From contig CAVRBU010000001.1 of NCBI GenBank assembly GCA_963719315.1, forward strand, positions 128,001 through 192,000: 64,000 nt of DNA, in the 5' to 3' direction. This document shows positions 18,826 to 29,735 of this stretch, in pieces (position 1 is the stretch's first letter; every line of letters begins with the position of its first letter). The translations under genes and the position numbers were made by a program. This DNA comes from an uncultured Planctomycetota bacterium. Its GTDB lineage: Bacteria > Planctomycetota > Planctomycetia > Pirellulales > Lacipirellulaceae. Below the pieces are notes generated by a model. The model was not told where the DNA came from and did no database searches. It was given only the letters and a program-made list of their open reading frames with translations.

Positions 18826-20923
18826 CTACTTCGCGCCGCTCAGCCGCCCGCTTAGAAATCGCTGCACGTCCGGCGTCGCCCGCACGATCAACCGGCCGCT
18901 CGGCTCGTCGATCGCCATGCGAATATCGCCCGGTTCGCCATGCTTGCTGGCTCGCGCGTCGATTTCTTTCTGCAGGGCGCTGAGGAATGTATCCCCGGCC
19001 CCCAACGATTCGAGCAGTTTTTGTGGAATCGCGTAGAACTCGACGCGTTCAAGGTGCTTCAGCGCGTCGAGGCTGGTGATTTGAATGGTCTGGCCATCGG
19101 CCACCCACCACGCGAGGCCCAGCGGTTCGAGTACGCCGTCGAGCGCTTCGGTCCACGGACGGTCGATGGTTGAACACGCCAGCGGCGAGGTGGGGCTGAG
19201 CTCCGCTTCGCCGAGGGCCGACCAGTCGACAAGGATCGTCAGGCCGGCGAGATCCTGCCATTGTTGCACGACGTCGGACAACCGTGTCCAGGCCAGGAAA
19301 GTGAACGTCGTTCGTCGGGCCAGCTTCGCCCGAAGTTGCTCGTAGGGCGATTCGACGCTGAGCATGGCCGCGGGGTACTTGCTGCGAAGCCGCAGACTAC
19401 GGGCGAGTCGCAGGCGTTCGCAGAAGATAAGCGCTTCGCGACGGACGAGGAGCGAACTATCGATGTGAAGCGTTGTCCCATCGACTTCGATCGTGCCTTT
19501 GCCGCCACTCGCTTGCCAGGAAGCGGGCGCGACGAAGCGTTCAATCAACTTCGCGATGGGAGCCGCATCGCTGCCTTGGACGAGGTCGTTGACGGCGAAA
19601 TCGACCTCCCGTCGCTCGTCGGCATTGGGTACCGCGATGGTCGCCTGGCCGTCCTGCTCGACCAGCTCGAACCGCTGAGCGGTCAAAGCATCGCGCAGAA
19701 TCTTGTCGAGCGTAGTGTCGGCGGCGTCGACCGTCACGGCTGCCCGCGGCGAGATTCCGTTGAGCTCCAATTGAACTGGATCGAGCGTGATCGGCACGCC
19801 CGCCATTTCGGAAACTGTGTTGATAAACCGGGCGAGCGGCATTTCGGCGATCTGCAGCGATTGCACGCGGGCTGCCAGATGGGCTGCCGTGTCCAGCGTC
19901 GTGGCCGAATCGTTCGCTGCCGACCCGCGGCGGACGTTGATCGCGCGATGCTCCGCGGGCGGCGGCAACAAATCGGCAGCCGCCGGCGGTTGGTCATCTT
20001 CGATTGCTTTGGCCGCCGGGCCCGCGTCGCTTGGCGGTTCAGCCGGAATCGAACTTGTCGCTGAAACGGGCGGCGCGTGGATGGCGACCGCCGACGGATT
20101 CGACGACAAGCTCACGTGCTCGGGATCGAAATCGAGCGGATCGAACTTGAGCACGTGACCGGCCGCAGCCGCGGTAGCAGTAGCGAGGCGTCAGAGCAGG
20201 TTGACCGGCCGGTTTTGGTTCGGCGGGCGTCGGAGGCAACTCCGGCGCTGGCGTGGTCGAGGTTTGAGTAGTTTTCGGTTCGTCGGTTGGTGGTATCGCT
20301 GCGTTGGCGACCGTGGGCGGTTCAATCGGCTTTGTGACGGTCGTTGTTACGGGAGCTTCTTTCGAGTGATCGACCGAGTATGGATCGGGTTTGCTGTCCG
20401 TTGGTTGCTCGGCGGCTGAAGCCGCTGGCGTGGCGTCTGGTTTGGTCAGCGTGTCGGTCGGTGTCGCAACAGCAACGGCCGGAGCCGGCGCGGCGACTTG
20501 CTTAGCGCCGCTCGGCCACAGCACGTACGTCAGCCCCGTCGCTGCAAAAAGTACAGCGCCGCCCACCGCCCACCAGAACACCGGGGATATCCCAGAATCG
20601 GGTGCCGCAGGAGTTGGCGTCCGTGGGACATTGAATTCGGGGAATGCCGCATCGTTGGAAACTGGCGCAATCGGCACATCAATTGCGAAATCGGTCGGAA
20701 TAATCGTGCTCGCCGACGTAGAGAGCGTAAGCGCCGGTTCCATCGCTACGCCTGTCACTTTTGCGGCCACAGCAGGAGTCGCGCTTGCCACCCAGCCGGC
20801 TGGCGGCGTGATTTGCACCATGCTGCCGCATTTGGGGCAGGCATGAATCTCGCCGATCGCCGCGGCACTGCGGATCTTTAGCCGCGAGTGGCACGTTTCG
20901 CAGATGACGCGGAATGGTTCCAC
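18826..20923 (-). CDS. Membrane-anchored protein: N-terminal zinc ribbon, Pro-rich linkers, secretin-N/STN-like periplasmic domains; frameshift near 20170
   Basis: CETC...CPKC, one TM helix, then two STN-like repeats; ORFs 20039-20923 and 18826-20154 overlap in different frames. Confidence 0.65.
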
Positions 20924-21105
20924 GATTGAACGACGAAAGGTTAAGGGCAGCGGAGGAGCATTACGATCAAGGTAGCTGAATTCGCAATAATTCAGAATGG
21001 TCGTCTGGATTCAGCTACGTCTTGGGAATTCAGCTACGTGGGATTCTCAGCACGGTGCCCGGTTTATTGCTTTCTCTATCATACCATGCTCGATTACTGC
21101 GATTT

Positions 21106-22803
21106 CTATCGCTTTTCCGTGCGAAAGGCCGCCGGCAGTTCGTCGTGCCTCTCGGCCGCCTTGGCTCGCGTGGTCACAACGATTTGTTCGGTTTTGTCGG
21201 CCTTTGCTTCGATGATGTACACCAGATTCTGCCGCGCGTCGTTCGGGCCGGGCGAAGTTTTGTCCGGGTTTGCCAGTCGCAGGATTTCGACCAGGATTTG
21301 TTCGGCCGGTTTGTTCGACACGTCGATTCCAAACGATTGGTTCTTGGTGATGCCGTCGGCTTGCAAGTCGGGACCGCGGATGATGATCGGGGCGCCAATG
21401 TCTTGCGCGAGTTGTTCGAGGGCGGATTCCAATGTGTCGCGGGCGAATTTGAGCGACGTGACTTTGGCGAGGCGATCCTTGATCATTGCAGGTGTGGCGG
21501 GCGGGGCGGACCCGGATGTTGAAGTGGCCGCGCCGGGGGAGTTCGTGGCACCCGGCGTTTCGGCGAGCATGAGTTCGGCCGCCAATAGTAAGTTGTGGCC
21601 GGCGACGACGGGGAGATAGCATCGCAGGACGGCATGGTCGGATTCAAAACTATGCCGCGTGTAGATTGCGAGTTTCCGCAGCATTTCGGGAAACCGGGCA
21701 ATTACGAGGCGGCCGTAAGACTGAGCGTCGAGATTGACGACATACTCCTCCAGTTTATCGGGGATTTGGGCAACGCGGTCGGAGAAGATTCGGGCAGCCT
21801 TTTCCGGCGAGGTTTCCAGCGTGGGCGTTACGATCAATTCGAGGAAATAATTGGCGTCCCAATTCATGCTCAGCGCAGCGCCGCTGAGCTCGTCGCCGAG
21901 GAACCAGAACAGCGGTGCGCGGAGCCGCGTCATTTCACCGCTGAAAATGCTCTGCCCTTCACCGAAGAGTGAGTTGGGGGCGAGGACGATCGTCAGTTGG
22001 CGGTCGGCATCAGTGTGGGCAATGAGCCGCTCGATATCGCGCCGCAGCGGCGGTGTCTGGCCGGCGAGGTCGATCACATCATGGATTGCGTCCTCAGGCG
22101 CAATGACTAGTACCCTGTTCGCGGCGCCGCCGGGCAAAAAGTACGCGCGATTGTTGGCGAGCCAATACTTTTTGCCGCCGTGCTCTTTCTCGGTCGCGCC
22201 CGGCAACTTCGCGAGCAGTGACTCATTGGTGATGGGCTGTACCGCGTGGACGACAAACGTCGCCAGCCAGTTGCCATCACCCGTGGCTTGGCAGCCAGCG
22301 ACGAGTCGTTCCATTTCGGCGAGTGGGACGGTAGTCGTATGCTCTACAAGTTCAATCGCGTGTTGGCCGGCTGGCCCGAGCGCCGCGAGGACCTTTTCTC
22401 CTTCGGCGTGCTTGCGGAACTCAGCAGGCCGCAGGGCGAGAACTACCTGCGCCCCTGGTGACAAATATGCGAGGTCGAGCGGCTTGCCATTGGTGGGCGA
22501 GACCCAGAGCGTTTTGTCATCGTCGTCGATGAGGGGCGGTTGCAGGTCGGCCGGCTTGTTCGTGGCTGCGCGATGTGAAGACGTGGCTGCTGAGTCTGTA
22601 TCCGGCCGCTCTTTGGCCGCAGAGATGTCGCGCACATTCGGCGGCGGGGAGGACGGCGACGTGCCGAAAATAACGTCCCGCCCGGCCACAAGGAGAGCAA
22701 TCGCCAAGCAGCCCAACGCGCCTCCGACAATTAACCACTCATTGTGCTTGCGCGATTTCGGTCGCGGCACGGCCGTCGGTTTCGTGACTTGTGGATCGCT
22801 CAT
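21106..22803 (-). CDS. Hypothetical membrane-anchored protein with C-terminal STN-like domain
   Basis: 565-aa ORF with an N-terminal TM helix; C-terminal LKFARDTLESALEQLAQDIG...GITKNQ. Confidence 0.65.
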   Translation of the reverse strand: MSDPQVTKPTAVPRPKSRKHNEWLIVGGALGCLAIALLVAGRDVIFGTSPSSPPPNVRDISAAKERPDTDSAATSSHRAATNKPADLQPPLIDDDDKTLWVSPTNGKPLDLAYLSPGAQVVLALRPAEFRKHAEGEKVLAALGPAGQHAIELVEHTTTVPLAEMERLVAGCQATGDGNWLATFVVHAVQPITNESLLAKLPGATEKEHGGKKYWLANNRAYFLPGGAANRVLVIAPEDAIHDVIDLAGQTPPLRRDIERLIAHTDADRQLTIVLAPNSLFGEGQSIFSGEMTRLRAPLFWFLGDELSGAALSMNWDANYFLELIVTPTLETSPEKAARIFSDRVAQIPDKLEEYVVNLDAQSYGRLVIARFPEMLRKLAIYTRHSFESDHAVLRCYLPVVAGHNLLLAAELMLAETPGATNSPGAATSTSGSAPPATPAMIKDRLAKVTSLKFARDTLESALEQLAQDIGAPIIIRGPDLQADGITKNQSFGIDVSNKPAEQILVEILRLANPDKTSPGPNDARQNLVYIIEAKADKTEQIVVTTRAKAAERHDELPAAFRTEKR

Positions 22804-22994
22804 TGTGCTCTATTGTGGAAGGGCGAATGGTCCTCTTGTCAGTCTACGGAACTCGAATCGGCCCGACCAGCGGCGCACTCGGCTTGATTGGCTAGTTGTT
22901 GCCGCCTATTATCCGCGGCATAGTAGAAGTTTGAAGAGCATGACACAAGCACCGGACTAGGGTCTACGGACCACCGACGACGGACATCTTCAAT

Positions 22995-24230
22995 ATGCGT
23001 TCATTCGAAGCGACCAAACGATATTTTGACCGCGCTGCGGACCAGTTGGAACTGGCCGACAGCATGCGCAAATACCTGATTATGCCTCGGCGGGAGCTGC
23101 AGGTGCAGATTCCCGTCGAAATGGATAACGGCACGCTGCAGTCGCTTGTCGGTTACCGCGTGCAGCACAACAGCGACCGTGGGCCGATGAAGGGCGGCCT
23201 GCGCTACCACCCTGAAGTCGATCTCGATGAGATTCGCAGCCTGGCATCGCTTATGACGTGGAAGACGGCTGTCGTGAACATTCCATATGGTGGCGCGAAG
23301 GGTGGCATCGCGATTGACGTATCCAAAATCAGCCCGCGCGAACTTGAGCGAATCACGCGAAAGTTTATTGATGAGATTCACGAAATGATCGGGCCGGATT
23401 CAGATATACCGGCGCCCGATATGGGCACCGATCATCGCGTAATGGCCTGGATCATGGATCAATACGACAAGTATCACGGTTTTAACCCAGGCGTCGTGAC
23501 GGGCAAGCCCGTGGAGTATTACGGCATTCCGGGCCGCGAGGAGGCGACCGGCCGCGGCGTGGGGTTGCTGACGCTGAAATTGTTGGGGCGGCTGGGGCGG
23601 AAGACGGCAGGGGCGCGAATTGCCATTCAAGGATTTGGAAACGTCGGTTCACACACTGCTAAGCTCCTGTCTGAAGCGGAATGCATAATAGTTGCCGTCG
23701 CCGATTCAACGGGCGGCTATTATCGCGCGGAGGGAATCGATGTCCCCAAGGCGTTGCACTATTCCATCGAACATCAACGACTGTTGCGGGATTTTCCGGG
23801 AGCCGATCGAATTACCAACGAGCAAGTTCTTGAAGCCGATGTCGATGTGCTGATTCCGGCGGCCCTCGGCGGCGTGGTTACGGCGGCGAACGCGGGGTGC
23901 GTGAAGGCGCCGATCATCGTCGAAGCGGCAAACTCACCGGTTGATCCCGATGCCGACGAAATCCTGGATAAGAATGGCGTCGTAGTGCTGCCCGATATCC
24001 TGGCCAACGCCGGGGGCGTAACGGTAAGCTACTTTGAATGGGTTCAAAACCGGCAGTATTACCATTGGAGCCTGGATCGCGTGCGGCAGGAGCTCGACAA
24101 GACGCTGAACGCGGCGTTCGAACAGACCTGGGATTTAGCCCGCGAGCGGAAAGTGTCGCTCCGCACGGCGGCGTTCATGCTCGGCATCGATCGTGTAGCT
24201 CGAGCGGCGACGTTGGGGGGGATTAGTTGA
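22995..24230 (+). CDS. gdhA: Glutamate dehydrogenase (Glu/Leu/Phe/Val dehydrogenase family)
   Basis: GPMKGGLRYH, PYGGAKGG, DIPAPD, ATGRG, QGFGNVG, NAGGVTVSYFEWVQN. Confidence 0.95.
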   Translation: MRSFEATKRYFDRAADQLELADSMRKYLIMPRRELQVQIPVEMDNGTLQSLVGYRVQHNSDRGPMKGGLRYHPEVDLDEIRSLASLMTWKTAVVNIPYGGAKGGIAIDVSKISPRELERITRKFIDEIHEMIGPDSDIPAPDMGTDHRVMAWIMDQYDKYHGFNPGVVTGKPVEYYGIPGREEATGRGVGLLTLKLLGRLGRKTAGARIAIQGFGNVGSHTAKLLSEAECIIVAVADSTGGYYRAEGIDVPKALHYSIEHQRLLRDFPGADRITNEQVLEADVDVLIPAALGGVVTAANAGCVKAPIIVEAANSPVDPDADEILDKNGVVVLPDILANAGGVTVSYFEWVQNRQYYHWSLDRVRQELDKTLNAAFEQTWDLARERKVSLRTAAFMLGIDRVARAATLGGIS

Positions 24231-24263
24231 ACCCGACACGCTACGTCGATTGCGCGGCGACAC

Positions 24264-25640
24264 TTATGAACCGTAGAGATACCATGGACCGAGCCAGAAC
24301 GTGAAGCTGTAGATACTGAAGGTCGGAATGGCGACTATTGCGACTATCGCGATTGCAGCCCAGTTCCACATGTATCGCCCGCGATCAAGATCGCTCAGTT
24401 CCCAATTGATTTCTTGTTTGCCGCGCCGCCAGCGGATCCAACCGAGTTGAGTGCAAAGTATGAGCATTGTCAGCATCAAGTAGGATGTCGAGCCGGCAAC
24501 AAGAAGAGCCATGATGTCGAGGAGGCTGGGAGATCCTCGAGGTGCGTACCCGCGAAATCTCTCAATAGATTGCGCAACGGCCGAACCAACGAGCAGCAAC
24601 AAACACAGGGACGATTCGTAAGGAAATAATAGGCCCGCTATGCTGTTATCCGCCGGCAGACGAATGGTTTGCGTTGCTCTTCGCGGCGCCCATTTGTAGG
24701 CGATCGCGCTGATTACAATTGCAGCAACGATTCCGCCGCCGAGCCAATCGAGCCAGTTGCTGGCAAGCCCGACGGAAGCGAAGTCGGGCGACAATAGTGG
24801 ATACACGGCTCTGTAATACCAAATGCAGAACGACGCGGCTCCTGTTAGTAAAGCAACGCAACCGGCAACGACGGCAATTGAAGACTTTGTGGTAAGCGCC
24901 GCTGCGCGTGTCCACGCTAGGCCGATGGCTGCCAGGACGACCGCGATTGTGGCGCAAGCGCAAGCCAGAACAAGCGAAAGCCTTGCAGTTGTTGATTTGG
25001 AAAGGTTCCCTCGCGATGAAATTTCGCAGGGTGGTAGTGCTCGATTCCCGCCGTCGCGATGTGTACCAAATAAACTATCAACCCGCGGTCGGGCAAAATG
25101 ATCAACACGAGTGCCAGGCTGATGATCGATGCAACAATGAACTTCCAAGGGCCCATATTAGCGGGCTGGTTCGTTTTTCCGATCCAGCGATTAATGCTCA
25201 CCGATAAAACAACAATGATGCAAATCTGTAGCACTGTTTCGGGCAATACTTCATCGGGGTAAAAATCTGGGTGCTCCGATATGTTCAGAAATTGCCGCGA
25301 GATCAAAATTCGTACGACCAGGCAAATGGTGATGAGAATCGCCAGAATCAAGCGCCAGCCAATCGCGAAGGATCGGGCGAAGGAGAAGTTATCGCTGTTC
25401 GCGCCGACTTCCGGTTTCCAGAGCGCGTAGCGTCCATGCTTGTCGTGCGAGTCCGACGACCATAACCATCGTCGCTGTCGACAGCAGTCCGTAATAAATA
25501 TTCAGTTGAGGAACATGATATCCCAGCGAAGAAAGAAACTTGTTTTCCGTGCGTGGAGCGTTTGCGCAGGTGAGCCCCACCGCGGCGCAGACGAAAATCA
25601 GAAAAAAAGTTCGCAGCCGGATTTGTGGTAGCAGTTTCAT
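24264..25640 (-). CDS. Hypothetical polytopic membrane protein, apparently split by two frameshifts
   Basis: Starts MKLLPQIRLRTFFLIFVCAAVGL; hydrophobic segments continue across three successive ORFs. Confidence 0.55.
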
Positions 25641-25705
25641 TGTCGGTCGATCGACAAGATGAGACGCGCGCGGGCGAGGTGGAGGCACGGGACGGGCGAC
25701 TGCTA

Positions 25706-26761
25706 TTAATTTGCAACCGACTGCACTTCGGCCGTCGTTTCGTGCAGCACGGATGCGGCATGTTGGACTTGTTCGCGGGAGACATCGAGGTGCGTCACTG
25801 CGCGAATGCGCTGTGGGGCGGTGGCGTTCATCCACACGCCTTCGTCGCGGAGTCGGGCGCAAAAAGCGGCGGCGGTGCCTAGCTCGGGATCGACTTCGAA
25901 GATCACGATGTTGGTGTCGATACTTTCCGGGTCGAGTCGCAATCCCGGCGTGGCGCGGACGGCTTCGGCCAGAATGCGGGCGTTGGCGTGGTCATCCGCC
26001 AGGCGGTCGATGTGGTGCTCCAGCGCGTAGAGCGCGCCGGCGGCGATAATGCCGGCTTGGCGCATGCCGCCGCCGAGTGCTTTGCGATGTCGCCGCGCCT
26101 GGCGGATCAGGTCGGCCGGGCCGCACAGCGCGGAGCCGACGGGCGCGCCCAGGCCTTTTGAAAAGCAAACGCTAACGGTATCGAAGTGACTGGCCCAATC
26201 GGCGGCTGAAATGCCCGTGGCGACGACGGCATTGAATAGCCGGGCGCCGTCGAGATGGCGAGCCAAGGCGCTCTCTGCGGCCCAACCGCAGATTTCGGCA
26301 ACCGTGTCGTACGGTTGGATGCGTCCCGCGCCGCGGTTGTGCGTGTTCTCCAGGCACACAAGACGCGTGCGGACGCAATGGTCATTCGCCGGGCGGATAC
26401 GGTTCATAAGCTTTTCGACTTGCAGCACGCCGTGGTCGCCCTCAACCGGCTGTGCCGCGAGGCCGAACAACTGAGCGTACGCGGCCTGTTCGTAGCACAG
26501 GATGTGGCAGTTTGTTTCGCAGAGGAACTCATCGCCGGGCTGGCAGTGAACACGCAGGCCGAGCTGATTGCTCATCGTGCCTGATGGAACGTAGAGCGCC
26601 GCTTCCTTGCCGAGTAATCCGGCGACACGCTCTTCAAGCCGCAGAACGGTCGGATCGTCGCCAAACACGTCGTCCCCCACTTCGGCAGCAGCCATGGCGG
26701 CGCGCATCGCGGGCGTCGGACGGGTCACTGTATCGCTGCGAAGGTCGATCGGCAGGTGCAT
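25706..26761 (-). CDS. ltaE: Low-specificity L-threonine aldolase
   Basis: [52 protein letters not shown]. Confidence 0.95.
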   Translation of the reverse strand: MHLPIDLRSDTVTRPTPAMRAAMAAAEVGDDVFGDDPTVLRLEERVAGLLGKEAALYVPSGTMSNQLGLRVHCQPGDEFLCETNCHILCYEQAAYAQLFGLAAQPVEGDHGVLQVEKLMNRIRPANDHCVRTRLVCLENTHNRGAGRIQPYDTVAEICGWAAESALARHLDGARLFNAVVATGISAADWASHFDTVSVCFSKGLGAPVGSALCGPADLIRQARRHRKALGGGMRQAGIIAAGALYALEHHIDRLADDHANARILAEAVRATPGLRLDPESIDTNIVIFEVDPELGTAAAFCARLRDEGVWMNATAPQRIRAVTHLDVSREQVQHAASVLHETTAEVQSVAN

Positions 26762-26926
26762 TTCGGGTTTTCTTTTCAAGTGTTCCTGGCGAGAATGGAT
26801 GACTCCGAAGCATTATGGCCGGTTGCTTCAAACGGCGGAAGATGGCATCTGCTGTGGGCGAGTTTCTCCGAAACTCGCTTTCGCGTCTCAGAGAGACACG
26901 GCCACGCGAGCGTTCTAATATCGCAT

Positions 26927-28303
26927 ATGGCACTCAAGATTCAACAGATTGATACGCGAAAGCCGGGCTCTGGGGCGGCGATTGCGGCGTTGCGCGCGAA
27001 GCTGGCGCCCAACGGCGATGTGGTCAGTGAGGCCGGGCGGCGGAAAACGATCGAGCTATTTGGTGCGCCGCTTTCGCCGACGGAGGTCGTCGAGCGGATT
27101 TGTGCCGATGTGCGGGCAAATGGGCTCGAAGCTGTCTTGCGATATACGGCGCAGTTGGACGGTGCGCATCTGTCGGCCGCGACGCTAAAAGTGCCGGTGG
27201 AGGATTTGGCGGCGGCGCACGCTCGATCGACGCCGGAATACTTAGAGACGATCCGCCGCATTCGCGATAGCATATTGCGATTTCAAACGGCGATTTTGCA
27301 CGGTGATGTCGAAGTCGCGGGGCCGCACGGCAGCAAGTTGCGGCAGCGGTATGTACCGCTGGAACGGGTGGGGATTTGCGTGCCGGGTGGCGCGGCGGCA
27401 TATCCATCGACGGTATTGATGACGGTGGTGCCCGCGCAGGCGGCCGGCGTGAAGCAAATTGCTATTGTATCGCCGCCGACGCCGAATGGCGCATATAACC
27501 AGGATGTGCTCGCAACGTGTCACGAGCTTGGCATCAGCGAAGTCTATCGGATGGGCGGTGCGCAGGCCGTCGCCGCGCTGGCGTACGGCATGAAGGGATT
27601 GGCCGGTGGCCCACTTTTCAGAGTCGATAAGATCGTCGGGCCGGGAAACCAATTCGTTGCACTCGCCAAGAAATTAGTTTTCGGCGAGGTGGATATTGAT
27701 TCCATCGCGGGACCAAGTGAGGTCGTCGTCATCGCGGACGAGACCACGCGGCCAACCATTGCAGCGGCTGATCTCATCGCCCAGGCCGAACATGCGCCGG
27801 GATCGAGTGTCTTGATTACATGGAGCGAGCCGACGCTGCACGCGGTCGCGGCTGAACTGGATCAGCAATCGGCCGCGGTTACGCGGGCCGACTTAGCGCG
27901 GCAATCGCTGGAAGCGTTTGGGGCGCTGATCTTGGTCAGCGATCGCGCTGAGGCCGCTAACTTGGCGAATACGTTGGCGACGGAGCATCTGCACATCGCC
28001 TGCGCGGAGCCTGAAGAAATGCTGGGCAAAATTCGTAACGCGGGTGCAGTGTTCGTGGGGCCATTTAGTCCGGTCGCGCTCGGCGATTATGTGGCGGGGC
28101 CGTCGCACGTGTTGCCCACTGGAGCAACGGCGCGGTTTGCGAGCGGGCTGTCGTCGAATGATTTTCTGCGGTCAAATAGCGTGATTCAATTTACGCAAGA
28201 AGGGCTGGAAACTGTAGCAGACGATGCAATTCGGATGGCGGAGCGCGAAGGGCTGACGGCGCATGGGGCGAGCGTGGCAATGCGACGCAGCCGAGAGATA
28301 TGA
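26927..28303 (+). CDS. hisD: Histidinol dehydrogenase
   Basis: [43 protein letters not shown]. Confidence 0.96.
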   Translation: MALKIQQIDTRKPGSGAAIAALRAKLAPNGDVVSEAGRRKTIELFGAPLSPTEVVERICADVRANGLEAVLRYTAQLDGAHLSAATLKVPVEDLAAAHARSTPEYLETIRRIRDSILRFQTAILHGDVEVAGPHGSKLRQRYVPLERVGICVPGGAAAYPSTVLMTVVPAQAAGVKQIAIVSPPTPNGAYNQDVLATCHELGISEVYRMGGAQAVAALAYGMKGLAGGPLFRVDKIVGPGNQFVALAKKLVFGEVDIDSIAGPSEVVVIADETTRPTIAAADLIAQAEHAPGSSVLITWSEPTLHAVAAELDQQSAAVTRADLARQSLEAFGALILVSDRAEAANLANTLATEHLHIACAEPEEMLGKIRNAGAVFVGPFSPVALGDYVAGPSHVLPTGATARFASGLSSNDFLRSNSVIQFTQEGLETVADDAIRMAEREGLTAHGASVAMRRSREI

Positions 28304-28384
28304 CTTGGCGAAGGGCCGGCGATCCGTAGGATCGCGGCTATTTTGGCGTTTGGAACTTAACCCTGAACCCTGAACCCTTACACA

Positions 28385-29434
28385 ATGCCCTCCGTTCGCC
28401 CCAATGTTGCTGAGATGAAGGGTTACGTCCCCGGCGAGCAGCCGCAGGGGGTTGAGAAATTCATCAAGCTCAACACGAATGAAAACCCGTACCAGTGCTC
28501 GCCGAGAGTGAAAGCGGCGATCGGACGGGTGGTGCAGGCAGGCTTGCAGAAGTATCCCGATCCGCTGGCGACCGCATTTCGGATTCGGGCCGCGGAGTTG
28601 CATGGCATCAATCCGGATTGGATTCTGTGTGGCAACGGCAGCGACGACATTCTCACGATCGTCACGCGGGCGTTTGTCGGCACGAGCGACATGGTCCGCT
28701 TCGCCAGCCCCAGTTATCTGTTGTATCGCACATTGGCCGAGATTCAGGGGGCCGCGTGCGACATCGTGAATTACAACGCCGATTGGACGCTGCCGGATGA
28801 GTTCGCTAAGGCGAACGATTGGGTGCGGCTCGTGTTTCTGGCGAACCCAAACAGCCCGTCGGGCACGATGGTGCCGCCGGAAAAGGTTGCCGCGCTCGCC
28901 GATGCCTTGCCCTGCCCGCTCTTGGTGGATGAGGCATACGTGGATTTCGCGGAGACGAATTGCCTTGCGCTGGTGGCCGAGAATGAAAAGATCATGGTGG
29001 CACGTTCGTTGAGCAAATCGTATGCGCTGGCAGGTCTGCGGTTTGGTTACCTGGTTGCGCAGCCACAAGTGATTCGCGAGCTGTGCAAGGTAAAGGATTC
29101 GTACAACTGCGACGCGCTCTCGATCGCCGGAGCGACGTCCGCGATCGACGACCAGGCGTGGCTCGCGGAAATACGGGCGATGATTCTGGCGACGCGCGGG
29201 CGGTTGACCGAAGCACTGCGAGAAATCGGCTTCCACGTCGTTGATTCGCACGCCAATTTCGTGTGGTGTACGCATGAGAACACGCCGGTCGAGCCGGTAT
29301 ATCGGGAACTTAAGCAAGCGGGCGTACTGGTGCGGTACATGTTGTATCCCGGCTGGGGTGACGGGTTGCGGATTACGGTCGGCACGGACGAGCAGGTGGA
29401 TGCTTGTTTGACGCTCTTGCGGTCGCTGGTTTGA
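28385..29434 (+). CDS. hisC: Histidinol-phosphate aminotransferase
   Basis: KLNTNENPY, GNGSDD, NPNSPSG, DEAYVDF, RSLSKSYALAGLRFG; follows hisD. Confidence 0.96.
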   Translation: MPSVRPNVAEMKGYVPGEQPQGVEKFIKLNTNENPYQCSPRVKAAIGRVVQAGLQKYPDPLATAFRIRAAELHGINPDWILCGNGSDDILTIVTRAFVGTSDMVRFASPSYLLYRTLAEIQGAACDIVNYNADWTLPDEFAKANDWVRLVFLANPNSPSGTMVPPEKVAALADALPCPLLVDEAYVDFAETNCLALVAENEKIMVARSLSKSYALAGLRFGYLVAQPQVIRELCKVKDSYNCDALSIAGATSAIDDQAWLAEIRAMILATRGRLTEALREIGFHVVDSHANFVWCTHENTPVEPVYRELKQAGVLVRYMLYPGWGDGLRITVGTDEQVDACLTLLRSLV

Positions 29435-29735
29435 AGCCAGCGCTGCTAGCGATTTGTGACGCACAATCCTCTTCGGACTGGTCGCTTAAGCGACCAGTCC
29501 AGATCGCATAAGGATTGCGGGCACAATCCACCTGTCAATCTACGTATTCTGCGCAAACAAATCGAATCGGGAAACGGGTTGTGGCGCGGCATCTGCGTAA
29601 CAACCGATTCAAACCTTACGGGTCGTACAACCGTTCTGCGCGGCAAGTTCGTTACAGCCGGATTTCGCCGCCACGGCCCGCGCGGCGTGACGCTTCTTAG
29701 CGTCGCGTGGTGCGCACAAATTTGGGGGAGCCGGC

